A DNA stretch of 63,529 bases, filler included, from Saprolegnia diclina VS20 (lineage: Eukaryota), in assembly GCF_000281045.1 (NCBI RefSeq). It is 6 parts of 4 records of this genome, joined end to end, with 100 filler letters (N's around TTAATTAATTAA, not from the genome) between each part and the next. Parts side by side here need not be neighbours in the genome. Positions count along the whole stretch, not along the records: positions 1 to 28,757 come from NW_008246088.1; 5 more parts are not named here. One strand, 5' to 3'. Below are positions 12,302-23,866 of the stretch, one piece after another. The notes below the pieces were generated by a model. It had not been told where the DNA came from. It searched no databases and saw nothing but the letters and a program-made list of their open reading frames with translations. The stretch's first letter is position 1, and each line of letters opens with the position of its first letter. Made by a program: the position numbers and the translations under genes.

Positions 12302-13609
12302 GTTGCAAATGGACACTAACGAATACACTTGGCAGCAGTGATGACGCTACAGTGCGCGTTGATAGATCGAGGAAGCGACGACAGGCTTGAAGCACGAGCA
12401 GACAACCAAGCAAGGCGCAAGGACCGTACTAGCACTGCGGCACAGAGAGGCGGCCGACACTGCTGCCAACGATGCAGTCTTGCTGCTGCCGACATATGGT
12501 CCGCCCTACAAATACTGTGATATGCGTATCAGACTAGTTACCGCATGTCCAAGTCCACATGCAACGCGACGAGGCCCGCTCGAAGCCGTCGCACACAACC
12601 GCGCAAGGCTCGAGCTGGATATGCAACCTCTAAATGTGTTGGCGACCGTCGCTCTCAATAGCCCTCGCCATCGCCACTGCAGTGCTGGTGCAGGACAACT
12701 ACGAGGGCTTGCTTCAAGGTACGTGCTGCAATGCGAAAGTGGTTGGCGAAGGAAGCGGAGGACGCCGCTGCAACAAGTACTTCGTCGCCAAAGCAAAGAG
12801 CCACAGTCTTGAGAGCCTAAGGCTTGGTGCTAAAAGAGCGGCCATCGCTGGATATTGTGCTCTGCCCATGCCGGTGTATGGATCTATGGGATCCATTGCT
12901 GCAGAATGATGCGGCTTCTTTCCCGCCCTTGATGCGCCACAAAGTTCGTCGGGACCATCCAATGAGGAAGACCTGGAGTTAGGACGGCACAATAAGTAGG
13001 CAGCGATTGTGTACGACGCCCATAATACGAGAGCACGAGACGTGTGCCATTCGAGCGAACGTGGCGAGTGCTGGAGCAAGCCCACGCGGCGGCAGCAGCT
13101 CTGTACACGAATCGAGGTTCAGCGTGGATACTTCTCACACTATTTCCATTCGAAGCAGGCGGGTCGCTACGAAGTTCGAAGCTGCCCGTTACCACCCGTC
13201 CGCGCTAAGTTCGAAAGCAAAGTTCCGTGCTTGGTTAAGTTGCGCGTGTACTGTAGCGACACGCTGCCACGTGCAACCAAGCTGCCTCGCGCCGTTCCAA
13301 GCTGCGAGACGAGACTGTGGGCGGGTCTTTGGAAGGCCAAGTCAGATGAGGTTAAGTGCTGTGGAGCAAAAGCCACGCGAGTGCGATACGAGTTACGAGC
13401 AAAGTCTCTGCTGCGGCGCCAAACGCCTTATCGGATACTACCCAAATATGCAGGGTTGTCCGGCACTGCAGTGGTCAATATATGTAGGTATTCTCTATCG
13501 CAAGTAGGAGTTCTTTTGCTTGTATAAGTTGCGCACGAGTTATTTCGCGTCGTGGCGGCGATGCTGGGTGCATGGACCCTCCCTTCCATTCATCAACTTT
13601 CGGTAAAAC

Positions 13610-13775
13610 GAGAAAGCCGGGGAGCGTGCCAGCAAGGTTTTGGGCCCTCCCTTTCACCCGTTTTTTAGTGGGCCCCTCACTTTTGTTTGAATTTTGTATT
13701 AAAGTCGAGCTTGTAAACAAAACGAGAAAAAGAGATAGGGGCCCTATGCAAACTAATAGAGGGCCCCCTTCTCCT
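13610..13775. repeat. Possible MITE-like remnant with four GGGCCC boxes
   Basis: AT-richer intergenic stretch with GGGCCC at about 13642, 13670, 13739 and 13761; no clean terminal inverted repeat or target-site duplication found. Confidence 0.25.
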
Positions 13776-14330
13776 GATAATTAACCGGATTCAACCGTCG
13801 CCATCGTCGACGTTCGAATCGCTGGCCTCCTTCCATCACGATGCTACCGCCGCCGCTGGGGATGCCAATACGACGTCTCCTACAGTGCCTCTATCAACCG
13901 TAGGAGGTAGTTTCTACGAAGTCATGTCAACGATCTACCCGCGAGCTGATTGTTATGAGACCAAAGGCGCAGCACTCCGTAGCGACAAGATTTCCTCCCC
14001 GGGGTGCTTCACGTCCTGATGGTAGGTAGTACTATTTCAGATCATATTTTTTTGTACATAGTATTTGTCATGCGAATTTAGATTTGTGTATTATATTTGT
14101 GAGCCACCCCCTATTGTGATTTGTAGTGGGTCCGGGAGGGGGTCGAAATACCGAATCGAATCCGGATAACCTGAGGTTTTAAACTTCCCACAGAAAACAG
14201 TCCCCAAAAGAGTTTGCGACGTGTGAACCCCAGCGGCAGGTCCGTAGCATCCCCGACGCCTGACGCCCACAAGTCGATCGCCGCCCCTCTTCCGCGGACC
14301 TCTTCCTCCAGCCACAGCACTTCTTCGAGC

Positions 14331-17300
14331 ATGGAAGGATACCCTCCTTCGTTTCCTCGAGGAACCACGAACATGACCAACCCGATGAACCCCAACACGG
14401 GCAGCACGGGCGCTGCGACTGCGAGCGCGACCAACAATGGCACTGCGATCTCGATTCCGCGCAACGACGGCAATGGCGCCTCCAGCGCAGGGTCCAACAC
14501 GAACGCGCCGACGAACCAATCGGTCGCGAGCCTCCAAAGCGGTCCGTCGCTCATGGGCCATGGCATGGCCGGCAACATGGGCCAGAACCATACGCCTGCG
14601 CATCCTCTGCACGGCGCGCATCCGCACGCACACCAGCACCCGCTGCATCACCCGCTGCCTCTTCCTCGCAACCAGCCGCAGGCACAGCCTCATCACATCA
14701 TGGCGGCGATGCCGCCGCAGGCGAACCAGCGCCGTGGGCTTCCCCCGCCGCCGTTCGCGACGCAGCCAATGCTCCACCCGCCGTCGGACCGCGACGGACA
14801 GCCGTACAACTACTTTCCAGGCCTTGCGCGCCCTGTGCCGGGTGGTCCGCCGACGCAGCCGCCGCCGCCTGCGAACCAAGCGCCCCAGCAGCCACCCAAC
14901 AATGCTCAGGGTCCACCGCGGCCGCTCCGAGAGCTCCGCGTCGAGGACGCCTTGCTCTACTTGGACCAGGTACACCGTCGCGTATTTATGGACCCCGCCT
15001 CATGGCCACGGACATGCGTAGGTCAAGCAGCAGTTTGGGGACCAGCCCGACGTGTACAACCAGTTTTTGGACGTTATGAAGGAGTTCAAGTCGCAGACGT
15101 ACGCGCCTCGATCCTCCTAAGCTGCTCCTGATGCTTGACTGTAGCATTGACACGCCGGGCGTCATCCAGCGCGTCTCGGAGCTCTTCAAGGGCCACCCCA
15201 ACTTGATCTTTGGCTTCAACACGTTCTTGCCGCCGGGCTACCGCATCCGCCCCGAGCACCTCGGTCTCTACTCGGCGGACCCGCGCGACCGTGGCTTTAG
15301 CGCGCCGCCCGGCAACGACGGCAACCCCGCGCCGATGGGCGGCCTCGTGCTGCGTCCGGCGCCATCGGCCACCGGCAACGGCCCCGCGTCGTCGCTGCCG
15401 TCGATCAACCCGCCGACGCAGTCGAGCAACGCGCCGCTCTCCAACTTGGGCATTCGACCGCCGCCCGTCAACATTCCTGGCGGCAATTCCGCGAGCAATA
15501 CCGACCAAATGCTCGTGGCGCCCGTGCCGTCGGCCGCCAACACGACGCCGTCGCACCGCCTCACGGACGCTGCCAAGAAGGCGGTGCCGGCCAAGCGCGG
15601 GGGCGCCCCGGCCACGCCGGCGCCCGCGCCGCCGCAGCCGGTCGAGTTTGACCACGCGATCTCGTACGTGACGACGATCAAGAAGCGCTTTGCGGACGAG
15701 CCCGAGACGTACAAGGCGTTTCTGGAGATCCTGCACACGTACCAGAAGGAGCAAGGGTCGATCAAGCAAGTGCTCGACCAAGTGAGCTACCTCTTCCGCG
15801 ACCACCCCGACTTGCTGCGCGAATTTACGTTCTTCCTCCCGGACGCGGTCCAAGACCAAGCGCGCGACCGGCTGCACAAGGCAGCCGAGCGGGCGCAGGC
15901 GCGCCAGCTCAAGCTCCAAATGACGTCGGGCAAGGAGAAGAAAGTGGGCAAGAAGAAGGACAAAAAGGAGTCGCCGCCGCAAGTCGCAAGCCCGAAGAAG
16001 CCCGAGAGCACCAAGCCGAAAGAGAAGGACAGCGCGCGCGACCGCAACAAGGCCGCGTACGCACTCAAGCGCAAGCAGGCCAACAAGGGCGACGCCAAGG
16101 AGCGTCGCGAGCTCCTCGCAGTCAGCAACACGCTCATCGACAAGGAGGAGTGGAGCATCTTTGAAAAGATCAAGAAATGCTTGCCGTCGCGCGACAACTG
16201 GCGCGAGTTTCTCAAGTGTCTCGAGCTCTACAGCCAAGAGATTGTCGGCCGCGACGACATGATTGTGCTCGTCAAGAACCTCCTCGGGCGCCATACCGAC
16301 GTGGTGGCCGAGTTTACGCAGCTCCTCCACACGCACGGCGAAGTCAAGGACCAGCACGAGATTTGGCCGTTCATTCCGCTCGCCGAGACGGACTTGAGCC
16401 AGTGCCGGCGCGCGACGCCGAGCTACCGCGCGCTGCCGTCGAGCTACCCGATCCCGCCGTCGTCGTCGCGGTCCAAGATGGAGCGCGCAGTCTGCAACGA
16501 CGCGTGGGTGAGCGTCCCGACGGGCTCGGAGGACTTTTCGTTCAAGAACATGCGCAAGAACCAGTACGAAGAAGCGCTCTTCAAGTGCGAAGACGAGCGG
16601 TTCGAGATCGATATGGTCATTGACGCGAACGCGTCGACGATTGCGATCTTGACGCCGCTCGCAAAGGAGATTGAGACGCTTGCGGCCACGTCACCGACCG
16701 GCTGGCAGTACGTGCTCGACAAGGGCGCGCTGCGCGTGACGCACCTCAACGCGATCACGCGCATTTACGGCGAGGCCGGGCACCAAATTCTCGAGCTGCT
16801 CCGCAAGCACCCGGCCGGTGCAATTCCGGTGATTCTCAAGCGCCTGCTGCAGAAGGACGAAGAGTGGCGCCGTGCGCGGCAGGACCTCAACAAGCAGTGG
16901 AAGGACGTGAACGAGAAGAACTACCACAAGTCGCTCGACCACTCGTCGTTCTACTTTAAGCAAAAGGACAAGAAGGCCACGAGCGCCAAGGCGTTGCTCG
17001 CTCATGCCAAGAAGACGCTCGAGACCAAGACGGTCGAGGCGCTGACGATGCCGGCCGCCAAGATCCACAAGGACGCGTTTGGCCTGCTCACGTACGCGGC
17101 TGAGAAGAACCTCTCGGTCTCGGAGAAGGAGAAGGTCTCGAAGCTGTGGCATTCGTTCTTCTGCCCGTTCTTCCACCTCGACGAGGCGTGGCTCCAGGTA
17201 GCTACTTGACACCTTGATAGATGGGCGGCTCATGGTTGATGGTACTAGCGCAAGCCCGTGCTGGCCAACGTGACGGTCGACTCGACGAACGGCGTCCGCG

Positions 17301-18486
17301 TCGGCACCGAGGTCGTCACGGACTTTGGCGAAGGCGTCGTCCAGGCCTTTGACGCGGTACGCCGTGTCTTGTGTGTTGCCATTGGCTCATACACTGCTAG
17401 GCGCGCAGCATTGCGACCGTGACGCTTCCGATTGGCACGGCGTATGTGCACAGTGACGCGCTGAGCGTCACGGAGGTCGGCGACTTTCCGCCCAACATTG
17501 GCGTGGCCGACGAGGCTGAGAACTTGGACGCGGCGTCGTCGGTGTTTTACGGCAACGACACGGCGTATGTGTTTCTTCGGCTGTACCAGCTTTTGCACTC
17601 GCGCCTCGAGCAAGCGCGGGAGCTCTGCGAGAAGGCGAAGCGCAACCGCAACCGCCGCACGATCAACCCGGCGGCGCGGGCGCTGGCCCACGCGCACCAC
17701 CTCCAGAACGAGGCGCCCGAGATGACGGGCGACTACTCTGCGTTTCTCTCCAAGCTCTACGCGCTCCTCGACAACTCGATCGACAATACGCGCTTCGAAG
17801 ACTGCTGCCGGAGCCTCATGGGGTCGAGCTCGTACTTTTTGTTTACGCTCGACAAGCTCGTGCAGCACTTGCTCAAGCAGATGCAGCACATGGCCAACGA
17901 CGAGACGTGCTCGGAGCTCCAGTCGCTCTTTGCGAACGCGCACGCGTCGAACGAGGCGTACTTTACGCAGGCCAAGGGAATTTACGAGCGCGACGGCGAA
18001 GGCGCCTACTGCCTCAAGTTCCACTCGGGCGTGCTCCGCCGCACGCCGCTCGAGAAGAAGACGAGCGCGGAAGCCAGCAGCGCGTCGCACCTCTGGGCGC
18101 CGTCGCCCCGGACCAAGGCCGAGCCCAACAAGTGGCTCGTCGAGCCGACGCTGTCGCTCGAGTACCTCGGTAATATGGTGGATGGCGACAAGCAGGACGA
18201 CGGTACGAACGAAGAGGACTCGTCGCCGCCCGAGACGCCAGTCGCAACGCCCGTGCCCACGAGCCCCATCAAGACGGAGGAAGATGACGATATGATGGAC
18301 GACGAGAGCGGCAACGACGCCGACTCGACGGCCGGCGACGACGACGAAGACATGGCCGACGACGTGCCGACGAGCAAGAAGCGACCGGCGCCGACGGCCG
18401 ACGACGACGAAGACGCGGACGAGGACGAGGACATGGACGACGACGGCGAGGCCGCGCCCAAGAAGCTCAAGACGGACGACGAGTAA
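14331..18486 (+). CDS. SIN3: Paired amphipathic helix co-repressor SIN3
   Basis: PAH1 ([42 protein letters not shown]), PAH2 ([17 protein letters not shown]), PAH3, HDAC-interaction domain ([32 protein letters not shown]) and Sin3a_C ([21 protein letters not shown]); about four short introns. Confidence 0.95.
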
Positions 18487-19213
18487 TGGCCATGTGGCGT
18501 GTGTATATATCTAAGAAGATTCATAAGAAGAACCTGCGTCCTTTCCCCGTGCAGTTGACTTGACGAGTACTAGTGTACTAGTAGTTAGTTCTAAATCGAT
18601 GTTAGTTGTTGTGACGGGACTCGAGTGATTGACAGACGAGGCTTGCCACGGGTGCATCAACTGGATTCACGCTCGTTGCGGCATGTGCCACTTCAAATTT
18701 CCCGCCGCGGGGGAGTGCAGACGTTGTAGGAGTATGCGGTGGGTGCGCCTCGGTGCTCTATGAAATGCTACGGAGGACGACGTACTGGGCTGCAGCTATT
18801 ATTACTGACAAGGTACGGTACCACGCTGCTGTCGGTCGTTGATGGCGGACGGCGTGGCCGCCTGCAGTGGCCCAAGGAAGCACTGCTAATCCTGTTTATT
18901 GCTAATATATATTATCTCGGTTCGTTTCCGATTTACATATTCCACCGACAATATCAGTCCTCTCTGTCGTCGACCGAAGTACCATCGAGGACACTTGCCT
19001 TCGTGATGGATGTTCATGTCCATGCTGGCGTGGCGTCATCCACTCTAATTCGGCACGGCGCGCCTTGAATGCGGCACGTTGGCGCTTAGAAGTGGCGTAT
19101 TTGGAGTGCGGTGATTTTAGACCCGGCACATGCCACCATATGGAGTTGCAGTCGGAAGGAGTCAGAAAAAGAATCAAGTTGCTGTGAGCCATGCGTCGCT
19201 CGTGCCAATTGCC

Positions 19214-20263
19214 ATGGGCGCGTGCTTGTCCGAGGTGTCCAAGGCCGCGCCGACGGAGCGCTGGCAGGCGTCGTCCACCATGCGGCGACCCGCCAAGAAG
19301 ATGACGTCGAGCACCGGCTCGGTGGCTTCGTCCAGCTTCAAGACCGTGCGCGCGTCGACGGACCAGCCGCCGCCACCAACCGAGCTCGTGAGCCTCCTCT
19401 CGCCACGCGACCCGGCCCGGCAGGATGCGAGGTACCTCGAGAAGGAAGACATGATTGCAATCCAGGCCATGCGCGCATCCCGCGTGAGCCACCTCGCGTT
19501 TGGCGCGGCTGCGTTTCAGAACAAGCAGCTCAAGGCGAGCATGGAGGACGAGTGCGTGCTGCTGCCGTCGATCGTTGGCCCCGGTGGTGAGCGCGGTGCG
19601 TTCTTTGGTGTCTACGACGGCCATGGCGGTGGCTTTGTCTCCAAGCACCTCGCCCGCAACCTCCATGCAACTGTCCAGTCGCGCTTCCTCGCCGACCCCA
19701 GCGCGAGTGTGCCCAATGTGCTTTGCGAGAGCTTTGCCGCCGTCGACACGGGCCTGGAAGAAATGGAAGAGGCCGATGCGTGCGGGTCCACGGCCGTCGT
19801 CTGTGTCGTGCTGCCGACCGAGTGCTACGTGGCCAACAGCGGCGACTCGCACTGCATCTTCTTTGACGGGCTGCGGACCACGCGGCTTTCCGCTGACCAC
19901 CACGTGCGCAACGACGCCGAGATCGACCGCATCAAGCACCAGCAAGGCATCATCTTGAACCACCGCGTGAGCGGTGTGAGCCGCGTCACGCGAGCCTTTG
20001 GCCAAAACAACGAAAAAGAGCTCATAATCCCGACGCCGCATGTGGCCTGCGTCGCGCGGCCGCGGGATCGAACCGCGGCCTTTCTGCTGCTCGTAAGCGA
20101 CGGTGTCACCGATGTCTTGACCGACGACGACATGGTCCGCTACGTGCGACGCGGGCTGCTCGAGTGCGACCTGCATCCCGACGACGTCTGCCGCGAGCTC
20201 CTCGAGGTCTGCCGCCTCAAGCGGGCCGTCGACAACATGACCGCGGTCCTTATCCTGCTATGA
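19214..20263 (+). CDS. PP2C/PPM protein phosphatase with N-myristoylation-type start
   Basis: MGACLS start; motifs MEDE, FFGVYDGHGG, GSTAVV, VANSGDS, DH, SDGVTD and DNMT. Confidence 0.9.
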   Translation: MGACLSEVSKAAPTERWQASSTMRRPAKKMTSSTGSVASSSFKTVRASTDQPPPPTELVSLLSPRDPARQDARYLEKEDMIAIQAMRASRVSHLAFGAAAFQNKQLKASMEDECVLLPSIVGPGGERGAFFGVYDGHGGGFVSKHLARNLHATVQSRFLADPSASVPNVLCESFAAVDTGLEEMEEADACGSTAVVCVVLPTECYVANSGDSHCIFFDGLRTTRLSADHHVRNDAEIDRIKHQQGIILNHRVSGVSRVTRAFGQNNEKELIIPTPHVACVARPRDRTAAFLLLVSDGVTDVLTDDDMVRYVRRGLLECDLHPDDVCRELLEVCRLKRAVDNMTAVLILL

Positions 20264-20760
20264 TGCACCGATCTAGTAGCCTATTTATCCCACAACGTAA
20301 GAACACGAGTATATAGTGGTGTTTTGAAGTCGACTTTGTCCGCGTCAACGTCGAGGCAACGCTAAGAGCTTATGCCGACGTGGCCGTGGAAGCTCGCCGT
20401 CGGTATCGAATCGAATCCCTATCAACCAGCTCTTTTAACGTTAGCATTCTTGTTGCGCATCTTGAGATGGGTGGCGTCGACAGACAGGCGAATGGGTGCT
20501 GCAACCCTAGCCGCAGCCAGAGCCGCACACCGCCATGCGCAGAGCTGTCATGGTGCTGCAAGGGCGGGCTAGTAGCAGTAGTAGGGGCAGTAGTGTATGT
20601 GGAAAACGCAGTAAAGAGGCCGATGCTACGAGAGGCCGACTCGGTGCCCCTATCTCGCTACTGCTGCTTGTAAGGTGGCATGTTGATGCTGGGCACGCAA
20701 TGCCATTGGCTAAAAATCGGGGGAAAAGGCAACGTCAAGATCTCAATTGGCGTCGAAAGC

Positions 20761-22755
20761 ATGATGCGCATCCTGGCGGTGGCGATGCTGAGCAGCCTCG
20801 GCGCCGCGCTCCAGGTGCCCTATACGACGTACGCCTGCGACGATCGGCGGTGCGTGCCCCAGCCGCGCACGCTGACGCCGCAAGCAGGCCACACGAGTCT
20901 CCGTCTCTGCGAAATGACATGCGGCGCCGGGAACCTCTGGCCGCAGCCCACATCCGCGGCGATTGCGGCGACGACGACGATCGTGAGCGTCGATGACGTC
21001 CAGCACAACGTGTCGTTTGGAGTAGGTGACGCGGCGCACCTCGTGCGCAGCATGCAGCACATCTTTGACAACACGCTCGCGCTCAAGGCCACCGAGTGCG
21101 CGCTCGTGGCAGTCGACGGCATCGAGCTCGTCGTTACCGCAGCGATCGCCTCTGCGTCCGAGGTACACGGCCTCGCTTTGGTTGAGAGTGCCATGGCTGC
21201 ACGTACACCGCGTAGACGCTATCGCTCGAGACAGACGAGTCGTATACACTGCACATTGCCAATGGCACGGCGTCGATCACGGCGGCTACGATTTATGGCT
21301 ACCGCCACGCACTCGTGACGCTCACGCAGCTCGTTGAGTACGACGAGCTGTCGCACACGATGCACATGGCGTCGGGCGCGAGCATCATTGATGGACCCGC
21401 ATATCGCCACCGCGGCGTTGTGCTGGACACGAGCCGGCAGTACTACTCGGTGGCTGCGATTCGCCGGCTCCTCGACGGTATGGGGGCGACGAAGCTCAAC
21501 TCGTTCCATTGGCACTTCACCGACACGGCAAGCTTCCCGGTCGAGATCAAGGGTACGGACCTTCCTTTGCATGGCGTGCCTTACGAGCGGGTGATAGGGG
21601 AGCCGCGGCTCACCTCGTTTGGCGCCCACCACCCGCGCCAAATTTACACGCAGACCGCCATCCGCGGGCTCGTCGCCTACGGTGCGTCTGCGTGGATGAC
21701 TGGCGTGCGGTAATGTTGCGTGCGTCTAGCCAAAGCCCGCGGTGTGCGCGTGATTCCAGAAGTCGACGCGCCGTCGCATGCCGGCGCGGGGTGGCAGTGG
21801 GGCGTCGACGCCGGCCTTGGCGAACTCGGTGTTTGCTTTGGCCACAATCCGTGGTACGACGCCTGCGTGGAGCCGCCGTGCGGCCAGCTCAACCCGTTCA
21901 ACGACCACGTCTACGACATTCTGAAAACGTACGGCCACAGAGCGTTTGAAACTGTGTTGACGGTTGGGGGTAGGGTCTACTCGGAGCTCCACGGGCTCTT
22001 TGATGCCGACGTGTTTCACATGGGCGGCGATGAAGTGCATCTCGGCTGCTGGAACATGACAAAGGCCATCACGGACCACATGAGCTCAGATCGGTCGCCG
22101 GACGCCTTTTACCACATCTGGGGTGCGTTCCAGACACGAGCTCGGTCGCTGGTCGACGCACAAAAGAAGATTGCTATCTGGACAAGCGACCTCACCAACG
22201 CCCCGTATCTGCGCTCGTACTTTGAGCCTAGCAACACAATCGTTCAGATGTGGACGCTCTCGAACGCAGGCGACGCGGCCAAGCTGACCGCCCAAGGCTA
22301 CGAAGTCATTGCATCCTACTATGACGCGTACTATCTGGACTGCGGTTTTGGCAACTGGCTCACAAAAGGCGCCGACTGGTGCCATCCGTACCACCACTGG
22401 AGTGTGCTCTACGACCTGGATCTGGTCAAGCACGTGCCAGTCGCCCAGCGGCGGCTCGTGCTCGGAGGCGAAGGTGCGCGCCTTCCGTCTTATGATATAG
22501 GTACAAGTGTCGTGTGTAGTCGCGCTTTGGTCGGAAGAAGTCGACGAGGCGACCATGGACGCTAAGATCTGGCCACGCGCGGCGGCCGCGGCCGAGCGCT
22601 GGTGGACCAACCCGAGAAACGGCACGACGTGGAAGGACGCGATCGACCGCCTTCGCATCCAGCGTGACCGCCTCGTCGAGATGGGGCTGCAAGCCGACGC
22701 GATCCAGCCGCATTGGTGCCGTCTCCACCCGGGCGAGTGCACTCTCCTCCCATAA
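20761..22755 (+). CDS. Secreted GH20 beta-N-acetylhexosaminidase, copy 1
   Basis: Signal peptide; HRGVVLDTSR, KLNSFHWHFTD, GVRVIPEVDAPSH, catalytic HMGGDE, YYLDCG, LWSE, IWPRAAA; five introns. Confidence 0.93.
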
Positions 22756-23828
22756 GTCGCATCACCTTGCGCTATATATCATGTGGATGATTGCCTGAAA
22801 CAGCGTTGCGTCCTTCTCGTTGCCGGCTGTGATGGTGTGGCAAAGAGCCTGCTATGAGAGCAAAGGTGATCGGATACCCGGCGTCGTAGCAACCGACCAG
22901 GATTAGATGCCAAGAGATGTGCGATGACGGGGTGCGTCCAAGGAAGTCGCCACCGCGATCCTTCAACGTGTCCCTGAGAACGAGTATCTTCATCTGGCAA
23001 TGTAGCCACACTAGCGTTGCAAGATGGCGGCCGTCGACATCCAACGCTGGCAACGCGACGCCCACGATCAGACTCTATCAGACGACCCACGGCGCTTGAA
23101 CCTGTGGTGTGGTAACAGTTGGTGGTAGAACCGATTTGCTATCTCTGCTTCAAATTCCGATTTCAACGCCAACATCGTCTTTACGAGTCGGAATCAACGT
23201 AGTAGCTAGTTAGACTTGGGACATCATAGTCTGTCACTCGGAGGACGCCTGGTCGAGCTGGCAACACCATGGTATTATCTCGTCGCACTGAAGAAACAAT
23301 CAATGGCCAAACCATCGGTGGGCCACCGCACGCGTCACGCGTCCACTCTAGGTCCCCGTATGTTTTGGCGGCAACCGAGAAGCGTTGTCGGCGAACCACG
23401 AGAGGTGCACGTTGATGGACGATGTGAACCAACTCAGACGAGCCGCGTCAGATGATTGTGCGTACGGTAATACCAGCGCACTGCGTTTTCGAAAGCCAAA
23501 ACGACAGTCAACCTGCAGCTAGCAAAACAAGCACGTTGGCACCGCTTCAAGCGATGCATTCCGGCTGACGGCAAGGCCGCAAGTCCTTGTCGATACCCTA
23601 TCTATACGGAATGTACTGCGTGGTGGGCGACAGTGCCGAAGCGGTGGCATACCGTCGTACGGTGACGCCGCGTCCACGGGTGTACGTGCCAACTTCAATG
23701 CAGATGGGATTCGAACCGGGTGTTTGTTCTTGATGGCACCATATCTTGGCGTACCTGCGAGACGGGTTCCCAGAAAAGCCACCCGAATGGCAACCGTTGA
23801 AGTTGGTCGGCCAGAGTTTGGTGCTGAG

Positions 23829-23845
23829 CTCACATTTCAATTTCA
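23829..23845 (+). promoter_or_regulatory. INR/FPR-like core promoter
   Basis: CTCACATTTCAATTTCA about 20-40 nt upstream of the GH20 copy 2 ATG. Confidence 0.4.
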
Positions 23846-23866
23846 TTCGCTCGACACAAGCAAGCC

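Noticed and set aside
15086..20176. Long antisense ORFs (e.g. 15086-16357, 18902-20176; also 41803-42912 and 55602-56690)
   Set aside because: Shadows of GC3-rich coding strands with no independent motifs.
22772..23460. Minus-strand fragments between the GH20 genes that look like a decayed membrane-protein gene
   Set aside because: I could not assign a family or a consistent frame.
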